A stretch of 35,230 nt of DNA from Candidatus Limnocylindrales bacterium (GCA_035559535.1 DATMBG010000048.1:1-35230), one strand, 5' to 3'. Shown: positions 1 to 8,816, numbered from the stretch's first letter. Numbers and translations: made by a program. The notes: a model not told the origin generated them from the letters alone.

Positions 1-208
1 TGCCGCCATAAAACAGAGCAAGCCCAGGGGCGGTCATCATCAAAACCAGGGCCGCTGAGGTCAGCATCCAGGCCGTATCTCCGGCACTAATTTGAGGGGG
101 AGGGGTCTCCTCGGCACTCCATGCAAAGTTCAAATTTCCAACCCCCCCTATAAAGATGAGACTTCCTAGGAGAAGGCTCATTAATCTTACAGATAATTTT
201 CCTGTCAT
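1..208 (-). CDS. amtB: Ammonium transporter AmtB, N-terminal part (runs off the window)
   Basis: Not in the ORF track. Manual translation from ATG at 208: [69 protein letters not shown], containing the Amt signature [30 protein letters not shown] at 217-223. Confidence 0.93.
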   Translation of the reverse strand, partial: MTGKLSVRLMSLLLGSLIFIGGVGNLNFAWSAEETPPPQISAGDTAWMLTSAALVLMMTAPGLALFYGG

Positions 209-267
209 GGGTAAAACCTCCTTAAATAATGGATAAATATTTTTTATCCCTAACTGCTGATTTTATG

Positions 268-283
268 AGCAATGAGTATACCA
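268..283 (-). promoter_or_regulatory. Sigma-54 (-24/-12) promoter of amtB
   Basis: Minus strand reads TGGTATACTCATTGCT, i.e. GG-N10-GC with TTGC, about 60 nt upstream of amtB. Confidence 0.75.
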
Positions 284-371
284 TATCGTTTAGAGTACGG
301 GAAATCTTGAAATTCCACCGGAAACTATGGGCTCTGGATTACCGGATCAACTCCCATTTAGAAAGAAAACT

Positions 372-419
372 TGATTAAACTTTGTGCAATCAGGAGAGGT
401 TTAGCCTAATTTTTAGGCA
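372..419. promoter_or_regulatory. Tandem NtrC-like enhancer boxes
   Basis: Two 17-bp sites, TGATTAAACTTTGTGCA (372-388) and AGCCTAATTTTTAGGCA (403-419), 31 bp apart and about 90-135 bp upstream of the -24 element. Confidence 0.6.
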
Positions 420-509
420 ATTCCTGTAAAGGTCCTTAGAACCGGGATGTTTCTAGACGGGAATTTATCCGGCTGGAAGGTATGGAAAAAACCTGTCAGG
501 CCAAAAAGA

Positions 510-1337
510 CTATTTTTTAGGCAGAACCGTTTTTTCAATCCCATCTTGCCCACAAATTGGGCACCGGGGATCTGAATAGATCTCGATGGAAAGGAGCCGG
601 TAATTTAGCTCATCGTAATAAAGGTAATAGGGGTGCTGATCCCCGGGGTTTATCAAATAGTTTACCAGTAAATTGAGTCCTATATTTGCTATGACAGCAT
701 TCAGGGTAATAACACTGGGAGAGGATAAATGGGTATTCTGAATATAACCGGTGGCCCGACGAGCCTGTTCCAGGGTTTCTGAGTATCCTTGAACTTTTAG
801 ACCCTGGCAGAGTAAACAGGGCCCTCCGGGTCTATAAAATCGAACCTGGGCCCCTTTTTCCTGAAGAGTCCCTTCGGGGGAAAGAATAATCCCAGACCCC
901 AGATCTAATAAAGGTTTTCCTTGCTGTGAGGCAAAGAGTTGCAAAGCCAGTCGGGAAAGATTATTATCTAGACCGCCAATCCAAACCTCTGGAGCAGGAA
1001 GAAGATCTTCAGTATCCAACAGGTTTTGGAGGTCGGTGGGAAAGGTTTTAACAAAGGCCTGGGGATTAAAAGAAAGGACGGTTTGTTTTAAAAACTCAAC
1101 TTTGTATTTGCCCACATCGGATTCTTGAACTCCTGGGAGCCTGTTAAAATTGGACAGTTCCACACGGTCAGGATCTATGAGAAGAAATTTGCTAAAACCC
1201 ACATGCATGGCACTTTGAACAAAGATGGCTCCAAGGCCGCCACATCCGAAAACGGCCAGGATGGTATCAAAGATTTTTTGTTGGGCCGCTTCTCCCAACC
1301 AACGAATATTTCGGTCCCACCGTTCTAAACTCAACAA
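510..1337 (-). CDS. ThiF/MoeB-family E1-like adenylyltransferase
   Basis: RWDRN..Q start, GCGGLG nucleotide-binding loop, DPDRVELSNFNR, GKYKV, GLDN..SR, and two Zn-binding CxxC motifs (CLLC, CPIC). TTG start with no clear RBS; an in-frame stop at 1362-1364 limits upstream extension. Confidence 0.9.
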   Translation of the reverse strand: MLSLERWDRNIRWLGEAAQQKIFDTILAVFGCGGLGAIFVQSAMHVGFSKFLLIDPDRVELSNFNRLPGVQESDVGKYKVEFLKQTVLSFNPQAFVKTFPTDLQNLLDTEDLLPAPEVWIGGLDNNLSRLALQLFASQQGKPLLDLGSGIILSPEGTLQEKGAQVRFYRPGGPCLLCQGLKVQGYSETLEQARRATGYIQNTHLSSPSVITLNAVIANIGLNLLVNYLINPGDQHPYYLYYDELNYRLLSIEIYSDPRCPICGQDGIEKTVLPKK

Positions 1338-1397
1338 ATTATAAAGAAAGAAGAAAGAAGGCTAAATCTTCTCGTAGGATTTAACCTTCCTCTTCCC

Positions 1398-1814
1398 CTA
1401 CTGCCGCTTTCCCTGTTGGAGTTCTGCTAACTGAATGAGCAGCATTTCGATAAAAGTTAAGATGTTATCATCTGAATGCCAGACGGGATGGACGCATATC
1501 CAACACCAGCCTTTGTCTACATACCGGTTAAAGTGTGAATACTGACTATCGAAATAGTGAGGGATATCCACCCATTTCCCCTCCCGATTCATTTTTAATC
1601 CGGGACTGATATAAGCTTCCTCTAAACCAACTCCATATTGGTAAAAATCCGGGATGATAATCAATAGATTGGTCCATTTTTGATTAAACCCGGGCGGAAG
1701 TTTCACCCGATTGATCTGAACCCAGCTATAGTCGTAACTCCAGAGTACGTGATCTTTACCGTAGATTTTCTCACACAGTTCAATCTCTGTTTTCAACCGT
1801 TTGAGGTTGCGCAT
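1398..1814 (-). CDS. Prokaryotic E2/UBC-fold protein (E2 family E-like)
   Basis: N-terminal helix KRLKTEIEL, LPPGFN, LLIIIPDFY, and GWCWICVH..W..DNILTFI resembling the UBC active-site region (candidate Cys107). Lies between a Ubl and an E1. Confidence 0.72.
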   Translation of the reverse strand: MRNLKRLKTEIELCEKIYGKDHVLWSYDYSWVQINRVKLPPGFNQKWTNLLIIIPDFYQYGVGLEEAYISPGLKMNREGKWVDIPHYFDSQYSHFNRYVDKGWCWICVHPVWHSDDNILTFIEMLLIQLAELQQGKRQ

Positions 1815-1819
1815 AGAAC

Positions 1820-2035
1820 CTAACCAGAGGCAAAAGAACTGAGGACCTCGATCCGGGCCTGATCTTTAACCGGAATCGGATGATATTCGGGAACTCGGGT
1901 ATAGGAATCGGATTCGTCTTTAATCAGATAAATATCTTTGGTAGGGGGTATTTGAAGGGTTTTCCTTAACTCAGCTCCGGTTACTTTAGCCGGAACTTGC
2001 ACAGGATGTCCTTGCACATCGTAAAGGGTCGGCAT
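1820..2035 (-). CDS. Ubiquitin-like (beta-grasp) protein ending in Gly
   Basis: 71 aa with a beta-beta-alpha (VTGAELRKTL)-beta pattern and C-terminus SSFASG. Its stop is 5 bp before the E2 start. Confidence 0.7.
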   Translation of the reverse strand: MPTLYDVQGHPVQVPAKVTGAELRKTLQIPPTKDIYLIKDESDSYTRVPEYHPIPVKDQARIEVLSSFASG

Positions 2036-2049
2036 ATCAACTCAAGGAC

Positions 2050-2110
2050 CAGAAGTCAGAAATCAGGGGTCAGAAGCTCCCCGGCTCCTGGCCTCTGATT
2101 TCCAACTCCC
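2050..2110. repeat. Degenerate heptamer tandem repeats in inverted arrangement
   Basis: CAGAAGT CAGAAAT CAGGGGT CAGAAGC followed by complementary CTCCTGG CCTCTGA TTTCCAA units. Confidence 0.6.
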
Positions 2111-2135
2111 TGGGTTTGCTAGGGTTTTTGGAGTT

Positions 2136-2579
2136 CTACCACCTTCCTAAAAAAGCCCTCCATTCTCGAATGGTATGATATCCCACATAACCAATAACCA
2201 AAATGAGGGCCAGAAGGAGAAGAGAGACCCAGTACACGGGATTATCTAAAAAGTGATCGTAGACGACCTTCAGGTAAAATCCTATCAAAATAAGATAGGT
2301 CACCGTTAAAAACAACATCAGCAGGTAAAGCCACCATTTATTCAGGGTTATAGCTAAAGCCCCGGATAAGATCGGAAGCCAAAGCCCTCCCCCATACCAG
2401 TTGTAAAAACCCAGTGAGCCTATGAAAAGTAAAACAGAGAGAATTTTTAATCCCCTTACCAGCATCCGAATCAGACGTGCAGATGTTCGCGGATAGGAAG
2501 AGGTAGAACGGGATGGATAAAAAGTTTCTGAAACTCCCAGGGGATTGACAGGTATCTCTCGTGACTGAACTTGTGGCAT
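2136..2579 (-). CDS. Hypothetical multi-pass (3-4 TM) membrane protein
   Basis: RBS GGGAGG before the ATG. Ser/Pro-rich N-terminal tail followed by hydrophobic segments. Confidence 0.8.
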   Translation of the reverse strand: MPQVQSREIPVNPLGVSETFYPSRSTSSYPRTSARLIRMLVRGLKILSVLLFIGSLGFYNWYGGGLWLPILSGALAITLNKWWLYLLMLFLTVTYLILIGFYLKVVYDHFLDNPVYWVSLLLLALILVIGYVGYHTIREWRAFLGRW

Positions 2580-2641
2580 GCTCTTAACCTCCCAAAGGGA
2601 TGAGGCAGGGTAATCAAAATCAGGTACGGCCTCCTCCCTTG

Positions 2642-2694
2642 TTCGTCTTTTATTCGCTTATTTAATAATGGAAATAAAAGACGAAACTTGTCAA
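2642..2694 (-). promoter_or_regulatory. Candidate sigma-70 promoter overlapped by a perfect 13-bp inverted repeat
   Basis: TTGACA at 2689-2694 and CATTAT at 2665-2670 on the minus strand. Repeat arms TTCGTCTTTTATT (2642-2654) and AATAAAAGACGAA (2673-2685). Confidence 0.6.
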
Positions 2695-2878
2695 GGGAAA
2701 AATTTAGAATTTTAAAAACAGGGGGTTTAGAAGTCAGATCCCGACAATCAAGCAAGGGTTGGCCGTTTGTAGACGAAATCTTGGGCTTAATGAAGGGGGA
2801 GAGGGTCCACAGGAAGGCAGATCGTGAGGAATTTAAACCACAAAAAGGAAAGTTTTCGATCGTCAAGCCAGGAGAAGA

Positions 2879-3100
2879 TCAGATTCCTTCCATCTCCCGG
2901 ATTTTTTCCGCCAGGAAGTTAAGTTGTTTTTGAAATTCTTCCTCAGAAGCTTCCAAATCGATAGTAACCACAGGTTTCCGCCCAACGATGCGCTTAAACC
3001 CAACATGTTCCTCTAGAATGAATTTATCCAAATCTCCTTTATAAATAAGAAGGAAACCCCCCTGAGGGTCTAAAATTTTTATAAAATCGTGTTCTCGCAA
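2879..3100 (-). CDS. Small hypothetical protein (73 aa)
   Basis: TTG start with RBS AAGGAGG, protein-like composition and a strong promoter upstream. Confidence 0.7.
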   Translation of the reverse strand: MREHDFIKILDPQGGFLLIYKGDLDKFILEEHVGFKRIVGRKPVVTIDLEASEEEFQKQLNFLAEKIREMEGI

Positions 3101-3179
3101 AGAAATTCCTCCTTATAGCTTTGCTTCAGAATAAAAGGATCAATTAACGGTTCGGCAATTTCTCCAACAGGTTGTTAAG

Positions 3180-3207
3180 ATTATAACCTACAAGATAAAT
3201 ACGTCAA
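3180..3207 (-). promoter_or_regulatory. Sigma-70 promoter
   Basis: TTGACG-N16-TATAAT on the minus strand, about 80 nt upstream of the 73-aa ORF. Confidence 0.7.
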
Positions 3208-3510
3208 ATTATTTATCATTTTTTCCTTGAAAGATTAAAAAAAGCAAAAAAGGTAAAACCGATACAAAATCCCAGGGACAATGCAACAATTATGAGGATA
3301 AGATCCATCATACAAACCCTCCCATGGGTAAACGGTCGGTCGGTATACAAAATTTATCCATCGACTTATCTTGCATGCTAAGATAGACCTTCAATAAAAC
3401 CTGGATAGATAGAAATGTCAAGAAAAAAATTAAAAGGAGGGAATTCAACCTTCTTCCCTCCTTTCACAAGATCAGGGAGGATTTTCCCGTTAAGGGTCAG
3501 GATGTATCGG

Positions 3511-4512
3511 CTATTCCTCGACTTTTTTAATATAACGGGCCGAAACATATCCCACACGTCCATCGGGTAACTTAACCTTATACCACTCGCCGGAAGACTG
3601 GAGAATTTCAACTTCTTCTCCTTTCTTAAGCCTGGTAAGGACCTTAAAGGTTTCCCCCTCCCCTTCTCGCACATTCAGAGTTCCGGTTTTAATATTGGTA
3701 ATTCCTTTAACGGGTTTTTTCTCTTTTCTGGGCGGTGGTGGGGCAGTTTTCTCTGAAGAGTTTGGGAGAGTGTTTTCCTTTGATTGATCGGAAACCTCGG
3801 AAGTAACCGGAGAGGGTTTTTTCTCCTCTATCTCTGCCGTGGTTTTTTCTTCTGATGGACTGGGAACTTCAGAGGGTTTTTTCTCCTTCATACCGACCCC
3901 AGAAGGGGGTTTCTCCCGGCCTGTATTAGGCTCTTCGGTTTTGGGCGGAGAGGTATCCAGGGGTCGGGCATCCAACTCTGCAACTTTTTCCAGGTCGATA
4001 TCCAGGTCTCCATGCCTGGTTTTAACCTTCATCGTTTTCGTTAAAAATTCCCCTGTGAAAACATTGCCATCGTTCATTTTCACTTTATTATTCTGTACGG
4101 TTACAACATTTCTCATATCTAAGGCCAGATCTCCATAAGGGGATCGAATTTTTAACCTGTCGAGGAAAATATCTCCTTTAATGGAAGTGCCATCCCGAAG
4201 TTGGATTTGAGCAGAACGAATGCTAGGTTCCTGGGATATTTCTGGATTCAAATTAGTCGTTGGGGGAGGAACGGTTGGAGTTGCAGAAGGGGCTACAGTT
4301 TGATCGGAAGCAGGTGAGCGACCGGTAGGTTCTTGAGTTTTTCCCTTAGGAACAGGAGATGGAATCACTTTTTTTTCTGGAGGTGGTTGGATAGCCCCTT
4401 TGTTCTCAGTAACCAAGGGAGGTTTCTTACGGCTGGCAATGAAATCCAAACCCAACAGGATAAGCACCGTGATAAGTAAAAATCCCATAGCCAGTACAAG
4501 AAGCTTTTTCAT
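3511..4512 (-). CDS. Membrane-anchored protein with Pro-rich linkers and a C-terminal SH3b domain
   Basis: N-terminal TM helix. C-terminal LNVREG..LKKGEEVEIL..EWYKV..GYVSARYI is a typical bacterial SH3. Confidence 0.85.
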   Translation of the reverse strand: MKKLLVLAMGFLLITVLILLGLDFIASRKKPPLVTENKGAIQPPPEKKVIPSPVPKGKTQEPTGRSPASDQTVAPSATPTVPPPTTNLNPEISQEPSIRSAQIQLRDGTSIKGDIFLDRLKIRSPYGDLALDMRNVVTVQNNKVKMNDGNVFTGEFLTKTMKVKTRHGDLDIDLEKVAELDARPLDTSPPKTEEPNTGREKPPSGVGMKEKKPSEVPSPSEEKTTAEIEEKKPSPVTSEVSDQSKENTLPNSSEKTAPPPPRKEKKPVKGITNIKTGTLNVREGEGETFKVLTRLKKGEEVEILQSSGEWYKVKLPDGRVGYVSARYIKKVEE

Positions 4513-4795
4513 GCTATCCTCCAGTTTTAATAGAATTTAAAGGTTTTCTTCTGCCGGGGTTCATAGTTATCACTATCTGTTAACCCAAATAAATTGTCAA
4601 GGGAAGGTTTTCGGCCCTTTCCGGTATTTTATATTCAATTTTATAGAATTGAATCTTCGTTCCCGGGCTTCAGCCCCATGCCTTTGACTTAAGGTTTAAA
4701 CGTTCCGGCGAGGCTTCCTTTGGGTAGCAATGATGGAATCTAAAAATCTTCGACCTGAGAGACCTGCTGCAAGGGGATCCAAGGGATCAGAGAAA

Positions 4796-5170
4796 TCATC
4801 CTTGTTTGATAAAGATATACTCAACCCCACGATTTCCTATAAAAACACTGATAAAGAAACTGATGATACTCAAAATAATAGCCCCCACCAGGGCAGACCA
4901 GAAGTCTGTAATCACAAAACCTTCTACGAGCTTAGAAGCCATCATGAGCATAAAGGCATTAACGACAAAGGTAAACAATCCGAGGGTAAGTATATTAAGG
5001 GGAAGGGTTAAAAGGAGAATGATAGGTCTCAGAAGGGCATTCAGGATTCCCAGAACCAAAGAAGCTATCAAAAGAGTTCCCAGACCCTGGATATCGATTC
5101 CCTTAACCAGCCAACTGGTCAGGCCTAAGGCGATGGCATTGATGAACCAGCGAATTAAGAATCCTCTCAT
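4796..5170 (-). CDS. YvlD/DUF360 holin-like 4-TM membrane protein
   Basis: Motif LNALLRPIILLLTLPLNILTLGLFTFVVNA. No phage genes nearby. Confidence 0.9.
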   Translation of the reverse strand: MRGFLIRWFINAIALGLTSWLVKGIDIQGLGTLLIASLVLGILNALLRPIILLLTLPLNILTLGLFTFVVNAFMLMMASKLVEGFVITDFWSALVGAIILSIISFFISVFIGNRGVEYIFIKQG

Positions 5171-5299
5171 AGAGATTTAAAGGGCAAGCCGGGATCCCTT
5201 AAAGGTTGGATCGGCCTTTGTCCTTTTTTTAAGATTTTATCAATTTATCGAAATATTCAAAACCATGCAAGCTCAACGGAAGCTGGCATGAAGTAGTCT

Positions 5300-6493
5300 T
5301 TATTCACTTCGACGAATATGGCAATCTTTACGTTTCAATACCTCCGGCAGGAGCTTGAGTCCGAGTCCTGGGGCCTGAGGAGGGCGGATCATTCCCTTCT
5401 CGATGGGAGGAAGGTCGGTAACCAATTGTCCATACCAGCCGTAGTAGAAGGCTCGAACGATCTCCTGGATAAAGCAGTTACGGGTATTCAGGGCCAGATG
5501 AGTTGAAGCCGTAAGTACCACAGGACCGGTACAATCATGGAAGGCCACAGGTACATGCCAGGCTTCGGCCATAGCCGCGATTTTACGTGCCTCTGACAGG
5601 CCTCCACACCAGGAGAGGTCCAGAATAATCAGACTCAAGGCATCCATTTCCAGGAGATAGCGAAAATCGGCACGTCCGCCACGGGTCTCCCCCACGGCAA
5701 TGGGGACTGTTGTAGAACGGGCCACTTCTTCAAGGCTGTGCAGATGATCCATAAAGACCGGATCTTCGACCCAAAGGGGATCATACGGCTCCAGGGCGCG
5801 GGTTATTTTTACCGCCATGGGTCGGTTCCACAGGGAATGGAGTTCGGCCATTACATCCATCTTATCTCCAACGGCTTTTCGAATCTTCTCGAAGGGTTCC
5901 AGGGCCTTTTTAAGGTCCGCTGCGGAAATATACTGACCGTTAGAGGCTTCGGCAGCATAATCGAAGGGCCAAATCTTCATTCCGGTAATACCCATCTCCA
6001 GCAGGCTGTGGGCCAGCTCATCTGCACGGTTCAAAAAAGCCTCCAGATCTTCATAAGGGCCTTCCGTAGCCCCAAGACCGAAGTTCGCCGTACCCTGGGT
6101 GGGTCGATTTTGCACATATCTATACCCTGCACAGGTATTGTAGACCCGAATACTATCCCGGATGGATCCGCCTAAAAGTTGATGGATAGGTTGATGGGTT
6201 GCCTGCCCCCATAAATCCCACAAGGCAATATCGACGGCAGACCGACCCCGCATCTCGGCACTGGTTCCTACAAATCCCACATAACCGATGAGATGGGCCT
6301 GATGCCGATCGATTTTCAAAGGATCCTGCCCAAGCAAATAAGGTGCAATAATATGATGAATGTGGGCTTCCGCCGAATGGGGACCATAAAAAGTCTCCCC
6401 TAAGCCTACGAGACCCTCATCGGTATGAATCTGGACCCACAATAAGTTTGGAAACTCTTCCACACGGATCGTTTCAATAGCGGTAATTTTCAT
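5300..6493 (-). CDS. Mandelate racemase/muconate lactonizing enzyme family protein (DgoD/RspA-like dehydratase)
   Basis: MKITAIET, TDEGLVGLGE, SAVDIALWDL, WVEDP, PIAVGE and PGLG motifs. Confidence 0.92.
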   Translation of the reverse strand: MKITAIETIRVEEFPNLLWVQIHTDEGLVGLGETFYGPHSAEAHIHHIIAPYLLGQDPLKIDRHQAHLIGYVGFVGTSAEMRGRSAVDIALWDLWGQATHQPIHQLLGGSIRDSIRVYNTCAGYRYVQNRPTQGTANFGLGATEGPYEDLEAFLNRADELAHSLLEMGITGMKIWPFDYAAEASNGQYISAADLKKALEPFEKIRKAVGDKMDVMAELHSLWNRPMAVKITRALEPYDPLWVEDPVFMDHLHSLEEVARSTTVPIAVGETRGGRADFRYLLEMDALSLIILDLSWCGGLSEARKIAAMAEAWHVPVAFHDCTGPVVLTASTHLALNTRNCFIQEIVRAFYYGWYGQLVTDLPPIEKGMIRPPQAPGLGLKLLPEVLKRKDCHIRRSE

Positions 6494-6648
6494 GAACTTC
6501 TCCTTTCCTCATGGATAGTACCGGTTAATAGAAAAGTTTATCTGACTAACATGGAAGGGATTCACTCCAAACCCCCCCCCGCCGATTAACAGAACCGACC
6601 TTCCCACCTAATAGCCCTTTCCACCGGTTTTCTCAGCCTATCCGCATC

Positions 6649-7224
6649 TTACTTGAATCGAGATCGTACCTGCTTATAGGCTTTCTCTAAATCCTCCATA
6701 GCCGAGTCAATCCCCATTTTTATATCTTCCCAGGCTTCTACACCGGCAGATTTCAGCCCTTCTAACTTCTTCTGGATTGCTTCTTTCTTCTTAGATAACT
6801 CGTCCAGCTTTTTACTTAATTCAGCCTTTAATTCTGTTCCTGTTTTTTCAGCCTTAACCTTCAAGTCGCCTATCCAGGTATCGAATTCCTTTATTTTCGC
6901 TTCCATTTTTCTCTGGTATTCTTCTTTTTGTTGCTTTGATTTTGAAACCGCAGCATCCAGGGTTGTCCGAAGATCCTCCCAGGCTTTCTCCACACTGGCC
7001 TTAAGATCCTTCCAGGTTTCATCACCGGCTTTCTTCAATTCCTTTAGTTTCTCCCGGGCTATTTGTTGCTTGGAAGACAATTCCTCAATGAGCTTATTAA
7101 GTTCGACTTTGGCTTCCGCGACCGCCTTTTCAGCCCTGGCTTTTAACTCATCGATTTTAGCACTCCATTCATTGAGTTGGGCTTCCATCTTTTTTTGAAA
7201 GGCTTCTCTTTCCTTTGATTCCAT
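6649..7224 (-). CDS. Coiled-coil protein made of two tandem repeats of about 90-95 aa
   Basis: Duplicated unit (Y/F)Q.KMEA...W..D.K..EKA. Start moved to ATG 7224, which follows RBS AAAGGAG. Confidence 0.8.
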   Translation of the reverse strand: MESKEREAFQKKMEAQLNEWSAKIDELKARAEKAVAEAKVELNKLIEELSSKQQIAREKLKELKKAGDETWKDLKASVEKAWEDLRTTLDAAVSKSKQQKEEYQRKMEAKIKEFDTWIGDLKVKAEKTGTELKAELSKKLDELSKKKEAIQKKLEGLKSAGVEAWEDIKMGIDSAMEDLEKAYKQVRSRFK

Positions 7225-7350
7225 GATTCTCTCCTTTCCAATCGGGTACCCTTCCATATGAAAACTTCCTACGGAAATACCTCGAATATCGGAATAGACT
7301 CAATTAACCCTTAGCTCTGAAATTTGTATAACTCAGCTTTTATAGGCTGC

Positions 7351-7379
7351 ATACTAACCCCAACTGCCATTCCCGTCAA
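7351..7379 (-). promoter_or_regulatory. Sigma-70 promoter
   Basis: TTGACG-N17-TAGTAT on the minus strand. Confidence 0.5.
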
Positions 7380-7769
7380 GTAGATTCTCTCGAAAACCCG
7401 ATAGGTCTTAATCGGAGCTTTTCTTTTGAATATTCCCTTAATCTTAAACTTTAAGTTGATAGTTTTAGTCTTTATCCCTTGAAGAAAGTAGTATTTTTAG
7501 ATATTAGATAATATTAATCCGCCGCGAACCTAGTGTCCAATAAGGTTGTGGCAATCCCAGGAAACCCCTTTAACAGGGCAGCCTTACAGGCCCATTTCCG
7601 CAGGTCTGAAGCTAATAAGTAAAAAAAGTCCTGTGGGGACGGCCTATTTATAGCCCTTCATACCGGAGAAACCTTCAGGCTCTACAGGAGTGATCTGTAA
7701 AGATTTTTATAAACAGGTTGCCCCTCCCGGAGCTTGTGGGAGAAGAAGCTGGATAGAGAGGCAAATTTT

Positions 7770-8816
7770 ATGGAAAAAATTCAAGAAACTTTAAATAAGA
7801 TCCAACCCATCCATATTGAGCTTATGAAAAAAGCCCAGGCACGACTGGATCGTTTGACCAAACCCCAGGGGAGTCTTGGAAAGTTGGAGGAGTTTGCTAA
7901 AAAAATAGTGGGAATTACCGGTCGGGAGCGGCCTTCTCTGGAAAAGAAGATTATCTTTACCCTGGCCGGAGATCACGGAGTCGTCCGGGAGGGTGTCAGC
8001 GCTTATCCCCAAGAGGTTACTTCCCAGATGGTTTATAACTTTCTTCGAGGGGGGGCTGCAATCAATGTCCTGGCCCGACATGTGGGAGCCCGGGTTATTG
8101 TGGTAGACATGGGGGTTGCCGTCGATTTAAAGCCGCAGCCTGGGCTGATCATCCGAAAGATTGGATATGGTACTCGAAATATAGCCGAAGGACCTGCCAT
8201 GACTCGAGAAGAAGCGGTCAAGACTATTGAAACAGGAATAGAACTTATGGAAGAATGGGGGAATGGGGACATTATCGGGATTGGAGATATGGGAATCGGA
8301 AATACTACCCCCAGTAGTGCCATCATTGCCTGTATAACAGGGGTAGAAGTCAAAGCGGTTACGGGGAGGGGTACGGGCATTACTGAAGCCCAGTTAGCCC
8401 ACAAGATCCGGGTGATTGAAAAAGCTCTGGAAATCAATCATCCCGACCCCAAAGATCCCATAGACGTCCTGGCAAAGGTCGGTGGGTATGAAATAGGAGG
8501 TCTTGCAGGAATTGTCCTGGCTGCCGGAGCGCGTCGAATTCCGGTAGTTCTGGATGGACTCATTTCAACGGCAGCCGCCCTTATTGCCTATCAACTGGCT
8601 CCTGCTGTTGGCCCTTATCTTTTTGCCTCCCACAAATCCGTTGAGATTGGTCATGGTATCACGCTGGATAAAATGGGATTGTCCCCTATATTGGATCTCA
8701 GTTTACGTTTAGGGGAAGGTACAGGAGCTGCGCTTGCTATGGGCCTTCTGGAAGCGGGGGTTAAAATCTATAATGAAATGGCAACCTTTGAAGAGGCCGG
8801 AGTTTCCAGGAAATGA
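7770..8816 (+). CDS. cobT: Nicotinate-nucleotide--dimethylbenzimidazole phosphoribosyltransferase
   Basis: [34 protein letters not shown] and [10 protein letters not shown] motifs. ATG 7770 preferred as start. Confidence 0.96.
   Translation: MEKIQETLNKIQPIHIELMKKAQARLDRLTKPQGSLGKLEEFAKKIVGITGRERPSLEKKIIFTLAGDHGVVREGVSAYPQEVTSQMVYNFLRGGAAINVLARHVGARVIVVDMGVAVDLKPQPGLIIRKIGYGTRNIAEGPAMTREEAVKTIETGIELMEEWGNGDIIGIGDMGIGNTTPSSAIIACITGVEVKAVTGRGTGITEAQLAHKIRVIEKALEINHPDPKDPIDVLAKVGGYEIGGLAGIVLAAGARRIPVVLDGLISTAAALIAYQLAPAVGPYLFASHKSVEIGHGITLDKMGLSPILDLSLRLGEGTGAALAMGLLEAGVKIYNEMATFEEAGVSRK

Noticed and set aside
510-2035. Ordinary ThiS/ThiF or MoaD/MoeB sulfur-carrier pair
   Set aside because: An E2-like gene intervenes, the Ubl ends in SG rather than GG, and no thiamine or Moco genes are adjacent.
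2471-2866. 131-aa ORF in frame with the TGA of the 73-aa ORF (possible Sec readthrough)
   Set aside because: Protein-unlike sequence that spans a promoter and inverted repeat and overlaps the TM gene. No SECIS or Cys-homologue context.
4796-5170. Prophage suggested by the holin-like gene
   Set aside because: This family is common on chromosomes, and there is no endolysin, integrase or structural gene.
7500-7760. Cobalamin riboswitch upstream of cobT
   Set aside because: The conserved GGGAA / ACTGT / B12-box elements were not found in order. An Infernal scan would settle it.
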